Of a stretch of DNA of 64,000 nt, positions 35,477 through 45,692 are shown in pieces. How positions within the stretch are numbered: position 1 is the stretch's first letter; every line of letters begins with the position of its first letter. The DNA is from Epithemia pelagica. Taxonomy: Eukaryota > Protista > Bacillariophyta. The stretch lies in assembly GCA_946965045.2 (NCBI GenBank), contig OX337237.1, forward strand, positions 2,790,001 to 2,854,000, written 5' to 3'. Below the pieces are notes generated by a model that had not been told where the DNA came from, ran no database searches, and saw only the letters and a program-made list of their open reading frames with translations. Made by a program: the position numbers and the translations under genes.

Positions 35477-36176
35477 GGTTGTACCCTTGATCTCTCAGAC
35501 CAAATGGAGTGTTCAAAAGGCAAAAGGAAGAAAGAGAGCCCTCACTTTTCTTTTTGAAATGAAACTGCCCGACCGATGATCAGTTTACATGAGGTCATTT
35601 TCAAGATCAAAAGAACGCTTCGCCATTTCGCCATCATCCGAAAAAAACAGTTGAGCTCTCATTAGATTTCTACTCAGACTGGTGTCCAAAATCTAGCAGT
35701 ATGTAGAGGTAAATATAATTTGATTCTGTACATTCAGTCAAACAATTTAAAGTGAATTAGATATTCTTAGAACTTAGAGTCTGACTCCAGATGACATGGG
35801 ATGACGTGGTTACCTCTCGTTTGAGTAAGAATGCTCTGACGTGTCGAAAGGCAGTGCGTACGAACACGCGTGTAAGAAGTAGTAAGTACTCGTAACTCGT
35901 AGTAAGGGGACGAGTACCGAGTACCGAGTACTCCTACGAGCACGAGTACGAGTAGAACTCGCACGACGTCGCTCTAGAGAGAGGAATGACCAACGAACTA
36001 GTAAATATCATGTTAAAAGGGATTTCCGGTAGGTCGTACTTATACTCCGATAATCCATTAAATATGATTTGGGGGGTATTAAGTAGAACTTGTCCGAGAC
36101 TTGAGTACGAGTACCGCTCTTTCTTCTTCTTTAAATATTCTATAATGCCCTACCGTATACGAGTAATGGTAAATTC

Positions 36177-37081
36177 TAGAGCTGGGTCAAGCAACAGCTT
36201 TTTTCTGCTGGAGAACTCAAGCGCTTGAGCGCTTGAGCTAGGACCAAATTCAAGCGCTCAAGCGCTCAAGCGGCAGCGAACAGGGCTAACACGGGAAACT
36301 ATGGCAATAGACTCATCGCAATACCTCTAGTGAAATGGTAACTACTCTTATTATGTAACTGATATGCAATGGAAACTCTGTTAGAAGATACTTTCCCAGT
36401 TCTCACGCGAAAAATGGAGATCAGAAACTGTTGAAGGATCAAAGAATGATTGTTTTGGCGTGATTATCAAACCAGCAATACTGAATGCCCGTTCAGAGGA
36501 GGCTGCTGTTGCCGGCATGGCAAGATACTTAAGAGCAAGTCACCAAATATTGGGAAACTCACTTGCCTTTCCTTTCCACCAAGAGAGCAAAGGATCTTGT
36601 GCAACTTTCGTCCCAGCCTTGTTCACGTAGTACATTTTAAGTCCTGCCGTTGTACGGAACTTGTCAATTTCAAGACGGCAGATGGTAGCATACGATACCC
36701 CTCCACTATAAATCTTCCTGGAGTCTCCATTGTCATCCTCTTCGTCATCCATCATTTCTCCCAGCGTGTCACTGACTTCAAACTCCACTTCTGTCCTTGC
36801 CCTCTTGGTTGGAGAAGGAACTTCATGCTATTAGTTCCTCTTCGGACACTTGCTCATCATTATCATCATCTGGATGGTATGATGACTCATTCTCATCATC
36901 ACTGGAGTTCTCGGGCATTTTGGAAAGGTGTGAAGTGTGAAGGGCAGATGAATGAGGGTTTTTGCTACGTTTAGGGACTTTCCGGTAGTCCGGGTGCTTG
37001 AGCGCTTGAGCTCTCAAGCAACACCCTTTCTGCGCTGGAGCTCCTCAAGCGCTTGAGCGCTTGACGCTTGACCTAGCTCTA
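36177..37081 (-). mobile_element. Internally deleted hAT element (905 bp) with 16-bp TIRs and 8-bp TSD GTAAATTC
   Basis: TAGAGCTGGGTCAAGC vs TAGAGCTAGGTCAAGC (1 mismatch); GTAAATTC at 36169-36176 and 37082-37089; subterminal CAAGCGCT/GCGCTTGAG repeats. Remnant LSWW...FPNIW*LALKYLAMPATAASSERAFS. Confidence 0.95.
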
Positions 37082-38517
37082 GTAAATTCCATTTCTTTAG
37101 CTGCGAGTACGAGTACGAGCTCGTACGAGTACCAAGTACTCCTATAGAGGGACAGTGGACAGTGGATAGTCGATAGTCGATAGTCCTATTCTACTCGTAA
37201 ACGTTATATAAGCTCTAAATACTAAATACTAAAAACTAGATACCAGTAGCCAGCTACTCCTACTAGGAAATAGGGAATAGAGAATAGAGATAGAGTGGGT
37301 AGCTAAGAGCTACTCCTATTCTTTTCTTCAGAGAACGTTTTCCCCCATCATCTATTCATCTATTACTAGCTAGGATGCCAATTGTCAATGGTCCAAGTCC
37401 AAAGTACAAAGAACAAAGTAACTAGGTAGGAGTAGAAAGTACCTTCTTAACGAGAGCTAAGACCTCATGTCTCATGTCTCATGTAGTCAGTCATAGAATT
37501 CGCACAGTCCAAGTCCGAAGGTGGGGGGCACAACCCGAACACTACTGCATACGCACATCGATGCAAGGCTGCGAAGTGTGAACAGTAGCTCGGAAGTGCC
37601 TCCGATGATGTGATGATGGATGACTCAAACTCTTACTCAGTCCAAACATACTTGACGCAACTCGAGAACAGGAAACCTATTCGAGGAAAGACAGAGATGA
37701 TTATTTGACGTCATGCGGCTGCGGCCCCAAAAAAGATGGGAGCAAGAAAATTCCTCTTACTTTGTCCTGGCACCATGCCTCTACCTAGATAGACAGCTCG
37801 AACCTTACACCCTGCTCACCCTTGCTCCTATCCCACAGTTTGATCAAGACATAATCCGGAAGGTAATCAATCACCCTGGGCAAATAATGCAAATTTTGCA
37901 AAATAGGTAGAACGAGATTATAGATTATGCCCACAGCTTGGTCTTTAGTTCTCCCGATCAATACTGGAGTATTCCATTGTAGAGCTGTCAAAGTACATCG
38001 AAAAAAATGGAAGAGGTTCACTCAAATGAACCTCATCGTCGTAACTACTACCGTGACACGCTTTGGTAAAAAGTGTTGCTCGTAACCTTAGAGGACTACT
38101 CCTAGCTAGGAGTAAGAAGCACTCCTTCTCTGTAGGAGTAATCTATTCACAGGTCCCATTCTGATGACGTTCACTCCCTTGTACCATCTGACCGTCTCAA
38201 CTTAGTTGAAACGAGAATCAACACCCACACCCCACGATCCTTTCCATGAAGGATAGCGATATAACATAAGAAAAAGTACATCATTTCTCGCTGAGGTTTG
38301 GTGATACGTGTGGTGCGGAGCATTGCTTCCACCATTTTGTGTCACGATCTTGCTCTCTGTGTGCTCGTCAACGCGGCAACAGGCAACACAGCACCGTTGT
38401 CATATCCCCAAACAAAGTAATCGCTTTGAGGTGGACAATTCGCTTTGAGGACCGTAGACCCCTTTCTTCCTCTCTTTAAAGTCGTAATCAACAACAACTC
38501 GAAGCAGAGTCCTGTGC

Positions 38518-41500
38518 ATGTCTTTTGTTCCAAATCCGACGCAAACTAATGCGTCTTCCAACAACAATAGCAAGACCGCAGTGAGCGGCGCCGCCGGCGC
38601 CGCTGCGGCGTCCAGTTCCACCAACACGGATCCCAATGCCACCGCTGTAGAGTCTGAAAGTGATATCTTCAAGCTCCGTACATTTGATGTTTACTGGGTG
38701 GAGAAATATGCGCTTATGTACAAAGATGGATACGCCAAGGTACGATTGAATGACATTGATGAGAACAAGATACCTCGAATCACGTCTGCCGATTCATTGA
38801 CCATTTGGAAGCCTGCAAGCGAAGTCATTGTTGTCTAATTTTGATGCTGTGTCATTGTTCATGTATAGACCTTCGATAAAGATAATCGCAAGGCCATCAC
38901 CGTTGCGAAACAGCGATCGTCGATTCCTATAATTTTGCGTGACATGGCTCCCCCGGAAGGCTCGATCTTTGACCCTGCCAGGAAATGGCAAGAAGAGAAA
39001 GAACGGCGATTGCTCCGAGCTGAGGAAGATACGGCCGCAGCAGCTGCGGCGGACAAGAAAAAGTCTGATAAGAAGGATAGTGGCAAGAAGAAAACGACAG
39101 CTGAAAGTATCAAAGAAAGCAATGCCGCAGACAAGTTGAAACGTGACCACGAACGTGATTTGCAAAAATTGTCCAACCTCAAGACGTTGAAGGCCTTGCA
39201 AGAGACCGTCTGTGAAACCAGTAGTGGCCAGATTCATCGTATGCTAAAAATGCTACACTTGGCAGTTTCCGACTTGCGCCAGGGATCCGTTAATGCCAGC
39301 GAGGCTGAAGTTTTGGACATTCTTTGGGCGCTGGAAGAGATGGAGAGCTTTCGTGCAGCCGATTCCTTAGTGACGGCAGAAAAAGCTGCCAAAAAGGAAT
39401 CGAAAGATTCTGACAAGAAGGATAAGAAGGCTTCCAAGAAGGATTCGAAGAAAGAGTCGAAGAAAGGGAAGAAAGATGCTAAGGAGGAAAAAGCAGACAA
39501 GGTTGTATTGACTACTGAAGCTTTGACTCTCAAGAACTTGTACAAGGATGGAGGAGATTCTCGTGGAAGCTTCAAGGACTCTTTGAAACACGCTCGTAAA
39601 CTCATGAACTCCAAAGATAGCATCATTGCTTTCCAGTTGACGGATATGCCTGATCGCTTGCCTCCCTTGTCTCGCTACAATCGCAAGTTCAAGCTCGAGG
39701 ATTGGCAGTGTTCCATTTTGGAAGCTATTGATAATCGTCAATCAGCTGTCGTGTGTGCGCCTACTTCATCTGGAAAGACGTTGTTGAGTACGTACACGTG
39801 TAAGAATGCCAATGGAACCGTGCTGTTCGTTTTGCCCAGCGAAGTTCTCGTGTGGCAGGTGGCCTCTACGTATTACCAATTCTTCAAAGGAAACGTGACT
39901 GTGTGCACAGACCAAATCACGTTCCAAGAAGTCACGGGTGATGCACAGGTCTACATTGGTACACCAAAGGCTCTAGAACGCTCCATCTCTAAAGTTCGAG
40001 GAGCTGCAGGAGAAGAATTAGTAAAGGGAGAGCGTGAGTTTATGATTTTGGATGGTGGATACAGTCAATTTGATTATCTTGTGCTGGATGAAGTCCATAC
40101 TCTGAATGGACCAGAGGGAGATTCCTTACAACGTATCATCAAGAGTTGCAACTGCCCCGTCTTAGCTTTGAGTGCAACCATTGGAAACGCCACCCAGCTT
40201 CGCGATTGGTTTGCCTCCGTGCGAAAAACTCAGATGGAGACTATGGTTGTGGACGTTCCCACGAAACCAGAGGACGTTGTTCTCCGAGAATATTTTGCCC
40301 GTTTCATTAATCTTCAACGTTATGTTGTTACCGAGTCGGAAGGCAAAGACGGCAAAGTGAAACATAAGCTGGTGAAGCTTCATCCTATCGCCGCAATGAC
40401 AGCAGAACGCCTCAAAAATCAACCTGAGTTGATTGAATCGCTCAGCATGACGCCGACAGATCAAATGGATTTGTGGAAGCGTATGCGATCCATCTTCCCT
40501 GCGACTGCTCTTGAAGAATTGGACAATCCTGACAAGTTTTTTGCCCAACACGTCGACGAAAGCAAACGTGTTACGTTGATGCAAACCAAGGAATATGAAT
40601 CTTATCTGAAGAAGCGATTGACAACCCTCTCGGAGTCTCACCCTGATCTGTACGACCGTTTGCGAAAGGCCCAGTTGCCTCCGCCTCTCACAGCCAAAGC
40701 TGACGTCAGTGATATGCTTTACGGGGTTGTTCAACAGCTCAAAGCCAGTGATTTGCTTCCGGCTGTGGCCTTTCAGCTTAGTACCTACGGGGCTTTTGAC
40801 ATGTTCAAGACCCTGTTGGAACGCTTGGAATCGGAGCAAATGGTAGAATTCCCGAACTACCGCAAAGATTTGATCAAGGTGGCGAAGGAAAAGACGCAAA
40901 TGCGGAAGATTGCGGCGGGTAGAGCCAGTCGTGAAAACGCTGCTGAGGCTGAAGAGGAAGCCAAAGAAGGTTTTGTTGACGAATCATTGATCCAAGAAGA
41001 CACGACGAAACCCCACGACAAGTACGTTCTCGCACCAACAGGGAAGCGCTTAGGTTACAATGAAGTGGAAAGCATCATTTCGGATATGAAGAAGTCTGGT
41101 GAGCACGTGGACGTGAACCATGCCCTTATCCGTGGATTGCGTCGTGGCATTGCGATTTATACAAACGAGGTTGGCTTCTCGTGTTATCGCCGGCAAGTTC
41201 AAATCTTGGCTCAGAAAGGACGCCTTGGCGTGGTCTTTTCAGATGATGCCTTAGCGTATGGTGTCAACATGCCATTCCGTTCATGTGTCTTCTGTGGTGA
41301 TATGGGTGATCGTTTAACGCCATTGATTGCGCAACAGATGCAGGGACGCGCTGGACGTCGTGGTCTAGATGTTCAGGGAAATGTCCTTTACCTCGGTATG
41401 GAATGGCCTTACATTGAAAATCTCATGCTTGGTCAGATTTCTCAGGTAACCGGTAAAGATCCGCGTTACCCAATCATGGCCCTCCAAGAAGCGTTGGCAG

Positions 41501-42435
41501 CCTCAAACAATCCAGATGACACGATGAAGTTCTGGCACGATGGCCATAATAAAAACTTTGCTTCTGTCATTCGTCGTGTCCAGCGCTACCAAAAATGCTT
41601 TCCAACCGTTTCTGAAGAGCAAATGAAGTGGATGTGTGGGACGACCTTGGAGGAATTCACCAAGGGTGAAACCAATGAGACCTTCCTCGAAACATCGCAG
41701 AATATTGTGAAAGGTCTGGGCTACGTCAATGACAATATGACTTTGGCCATGGAGCACAATGTTCTGACACTTATTTGGGAAATGAACGACTACTTGCCGG
41801 AGGCAATTCATTTGTGCTCCGTTCTGGAGCTTATGTACACCCGCTTCTGTCACAACAAGACCAAGAACTTCAAAGAATCAGATTCCACTCAGAACGATTT
41901 CCTGTCGGTTTTGCTCCATGTGGTTGATCGCGTACCCTGCGTGGAAGGTGAAGAAAGTCTACAGCAGTCACTTCGAGCCACCACGAATCTCGAGGAAGGC
42001 AAAGCGGTCCACGACGAGGCCCGTGAGTTGTGGCTTGAAACAGAACGATTGTTGCGTGCGCAAGCTGATATGATCGACGGCTTGGACATTGACCAAAAGG
42101 AAAAGGACAAGATGCATCTCGCCATTCCACCGAGCAAAGGTGACTCCGACGGTGATGGGACTGGACCTGCCTTTGACAAGGGAGTGTATGATATGTTGGT
42201 TTCCAAAAAGAAGGGTTTCTCGGAAGATCAATCGACCACCCGCCGGAATGAATTGAAGGAGCGCATTGTCCGGTTGGGTCAAATTTGTCAGATTGCACAC
42301 AACACCATCCAACAGCCTCATGGCAAGTATGAAGCATTGGAAGTACACTTTCGTCGAATGTTTTCCAACGTCAAGTACAGTGTGGCTGACATGATGAACC
42401 AGTTGACAGATCAAGAAGATTTGACAATTGTTTAA
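38518..42435 (+). CDS. DDX60/Ski2-like DExH RNA helicase; probable intron 38740-38868
   Basis: APTSSGKT (I), LDEVH (II), LSAT (III), LAYGVNMP (V), QMQGRAGRRG (VI). Predicted splicing YAK|TFD is in frame. Confidence 0.85.
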
Positions 42436-43026
42436 AAAAAGAGGCTCGGAACCATACATATTCACGGCACTCTCAGTATTCTTCTCTGCGCGATTTCTCC
42501 ATACACACTCCGTTCGAATGATTTCGTTACATTCCTTAAGTATCTCCTTAGAACAAATTGCTAGCTTTAGAAAGTTGTCGATCCGAGGACAAATCTGCCG
42601 TGTTTTGGTCTACAGTACGGCAGGAATACGAACGTTCAAGTCCAACTCATTGATGAGTTTACATGACTTTGGTAGGAGAACCCAATTACACCCACTGAAA
42701 CTCGATCCAAACTCCAAATGAACCCGTTGGAAAGTCGCAGGTTTTCCAGGAATACTTGTTCATGCCCCTCTCAAAAGAAGCTGGTCGTTTTCGTATCCGA
42801 CAAGATCGGAAAAAAGTGGAGAAATGCGTGTCATTGCAGCAGTTCTATTAGGTGCCCAAAGCAGAGCTACGTGTGTGATTCTTCAAGTCTCGAAAAATCC
42901 AGCTTGGGTGGTCTCAAAAAATCCAGCATGAGTGTTGTTTCACGCACTACGGTAAAAATGCACTCCTTGCAAAAGGTTCTGTTGGCAAACAGTCCATCAC
43001 ATGGCTCCGTTTCGTGTTGCCGTTGG

Positions 43027-44373
43027 TCAAGAGACGGTAACAACGACGCGTGTGGCACCCTGAATTTCCCCTTGTGGACCCAAGGCAAGGGCTGTACTTT
43101 TGGCTCGACCATGAGGGTGATTGTCACCCTCTCGTTGTTGCTGTTGTTGTTGCCAGAGGGCCTGATAGAGGCATGTATAGCAACAGACTTGCTGAGTAGC
43201 GGTAATTTTCATGGGAATGATGATATCCTGGAGTGCAACATGACAAAAGGGACAAGCCGCCAAAGAAGAACCATTCTTGTTGGTATTCACCAGGGACGAG
43301 GATTGGTCCAGTAATGGCGTTTTCAAAGAAGAAGAAGAAGAAGAAGAAGGAGCAAACAGCCATTGTGCCACATGTCCGAGGCCGTCCAGGATCCACAATC
43401 GACCCGTGCGTTCCAATTCTTGCCACAAAAAGCGACGATGGGCAAACGAAACTTGCAGTCGTTGTCCTCGAAAAGAAGCATTGGTCTTGTGGTTGTAGTT
43501 GTAGTTGTTGTCGGGATTGGAGGATTGGTAGGCGAATCCAAAGATCCACTGCAGAACATTGGTAGTGGTTGGTGTGGTTGTCGTGGTATTCCAACAATGG
43601 AGTACTAGCAAGAGTCGTGCCAGTGGGACAAGGAGATTGAATCCTTGTTGAATCGCGAGCGCCGTTTGTAATTGTCGTTTCCGAGCCACTTGTTGTTGTT
43701 GTTGTACATTCTGAAATTCGGTCGGCAGCAATTGTCCACTTACTTCTTCTTGTTCGTCGTTGTCGTCGTGTCGTTGTTCTTGTTCTCGTCGTCGTTGTGC
43801 TTGTTGACAATGTACGATCCATTCTTGGAATTGTTCGTAGAGAATGGGTGCCAGACTCGTAAGGACCAGGTAGGACAAGAACCGTTGTCGAGAGAAGACT
43901 TGTGGTTGTTGTTGTTGTTGTTGTAGGGTGTTTGAGAGCGGTGATGAGTGGTGGGTCGTTCGCCGAGTGTCGACCAAACGCAATCCCAAGGCTTGTGCCG
44001 CAGGAGTTTGGCCTTGTGTCGTCCATTCATAGCCAAAGTGAAGAAGGAGAGGAACCAATCCCATGCGATTCAAGACCTTGCACCAATCCAACAGAGGAAT
44101 AGTGTCCTGGTGGTCGTCCTCGGACGACGACCCCAAGAGGGGTTGTAGAATGGCCCGTGTTTTGGACACCAACACGTGGAGGAAAAAGGCATCCAATGCA
44201 GCTACATCCAACACTGGAGCGACGACTCCTACTGCTGGAATCATGGGTTCGGGAGGGTCGAGGTCGTTCTGGTTGGTACCATCCACGTGAACGGTGGTGG
44301 TGTCATTCGGAGAGGACAATGGCTGCTTGGTCGAGGCTGCCGCCGCCGCCATGGTGAATGGAGACCGTCTCAT
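43027..44373 (-). CDS. PEX2: Peroxin-2-like peroxisomal RING protein (likely ATG at 44352)
   Basis: VLDVAALDAFF, TPAAQALGLRL, VSFAHRRFLWQEL, and a C-terminal CPFC...P...VCCYTCL, resembling the PEX2 pattern. Confidence 0.65.
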   Translation of the reverse strand: MRRSPFTMAAAAASTKQPLSSPNDTTTVHVDGTNQNDLDPPEPMIPAVGVVAPVLDVAALDAFFLHVLVSKTRAILQPLLGSSSEDDHQDTIPLLDWCKVLNRMGLVPLLLHFGYEWTTQGQTPAAQALGLRLVDTRRTTHHSSPLSNTLQQQQQQPQVFSRQRFLSYLVLTSLAPILYEQFQEWIVHCQQAQRRREQEQRHDDNDEQEEVSGQLLPTEFQNVQQQQQVARKRQLQTALAIQQGFNLLVPLARLLLVLHCWNTTTTTPTTTNVLQWIFGFAYQSSNPDNNYNYNHKTNASFRGQRLQVSFAHRRFLWQELERTGRLWILDGLGHVAQWLFAPSSSSSSSLKTPLLDQSSSLVNTNKNGSSLAACPFCHVALQDIIIPMKITATQQVCCYTCLYQALWQQQQQQREGDNHPHGRAKSTALALGPQGEIQGATRVVVTVS

Positions 44374-44709
44374 ATAGTTGGACTGTCACATCCAGGAATG
44401 GTACCTCCGGGTTTTAGATATATTTCGCCTCTAGCTTAGAGATCAAGGTAGAAAAGGTCTAGGGTAGAGTAGGTAGCACGATTTGGAACTTTGCCACGTC
44501 AACATGAGAATCTGCGACCGATCTTTCTGTTTCTCCCTTTCCGTCCGCGGCCATGGCAATCACATCATCATCGCATCGATCCCACCATTTCTCTCAGCAT
44601 CTTCATTGAATTGGACGGCAACTATATTCCCATATACCTGTCGAAATCTTGCTCCTTGTGGAATTGACTGGAATTGAGCTTTGTATAGCGTATTTTGGTA
44701 CAGGACAAG

Positions 44710-45336
44710 ATGAGTTCTTCCAGTTTGAGACTGAAGCAAGCATGGACGACCATCCTGACACGATCCGCCGGTTGTGGGCGAATGTCAGGGAGTCTCCGGA
44801 CAACCGCGCCCCTTTTGTCGTTGGTGGCAACCTCCTCGCCAATGACTGGTAGTGCGTTTGGAACCGAGAACGGAAGGTCGTTGCATCGTCTGGATCGTCG
44901 ACTCTTTTCTTCTTCTTCCTCTGGAACTAATGAGGGTGGTTCCCACAGTGATTTTGAGCCACAAAAAAAGGCGGTCCAAGCGGACGAAATGACCAAGACA
45001 CTGGCCATGATTCAACAACATGTCCAAGACAATCCCGTCATGTTGTACATGAAGGGCAATCCGGAACAACCACAATGTGGATTTTCGGCTCGCGTCATTG
45101 CCGTCTTACGGGAGACGCAAGTGCCCTTTGCCTCGGTCAATGTGTTGAATTATCCCTATATTCGCGAGGGTATCAAACAATACAGTCAATGGCCGACCAT
45201 TCCGCAATTATATGTCAAGGGTGAATTTATTGGAGGATGTGATATTGTCGAATCCATGCAGAAGTCGGGAGAATTGCAAGACTTGTTCAAAGAAGCAGTA
45301 CCAGCAGCAGCTGGAGAAGCCGAACCAAAAGACTAA
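44710..45336 (+). CDS. GRX5: Mitochondrial monothiol glutaredoxin
   Basis: Ser/Arg-rich presequence, VMLYMKG.P..PQCGFS, WPTIPQLYVKGEFIGGCDI. Confidence 0.95.
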   Translation: MSSSSLRLKQAWTTILTRSAGCGRMSGSLRTTAPLLSLVATSSPMTGSAFGTENGRSLHRLDRRLFSSSSSGTNEGGSHSDFEPQKKAVQADEMTKTLAMIQQHVQDNPVMLYMKGNPEQPQCGFSARVIAVLRETQVPFASVNVLNYPYIREGIKQYSQWPTIPQLYVKGEFIGGCDIVESMQKSGELQDLFKEAVPAAAGEAEPKD

Positions 45337-45692
45337 AAACTAACTCGAACGTTTGTGAAAGTAGAACTCGTGTTGCTACCATAAGGAGAGAGGAATGACG
45401 TTAGTTTCACTTGGTGTGGAACAAGGAACTTCCATTCGGTTTAGTTGTAGCGTATCGACAACATATACTATTAGAAAGATGGACGAGAGCACAGACACCA
45501 TCCTATTAGAAGAAAGAATCCTCTATCGTACAAAGTTCACTAGAGGTGGACCAGAGAACAGACACCATCCTACTAGAAGAAAGAGATCCTCTATCGTACA
45601 CAGTTCACTCCAATGTTTCCGATGCTCTCCATATGGAAAATGCCTCAGATGTGACCCTGCCCATGTCCGTCCCTCCATGACGCTCCGCTGTT

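Noticed and set aside
992-36542. Stop-codon reassignment or programmed readthrough to explain in-frame stops
   Set aside because: All three stop types occur, only in TE ORFs that also have frameshifts. Host genes end normally at these codons (e.g. TGA at 61132).
42560-43020. Possible decayed methyltransferase-like gene (EGHEQVFLENL...) on the minus strand
   Set aside because: Only a few residues, spread over frames with stops; not supportable.
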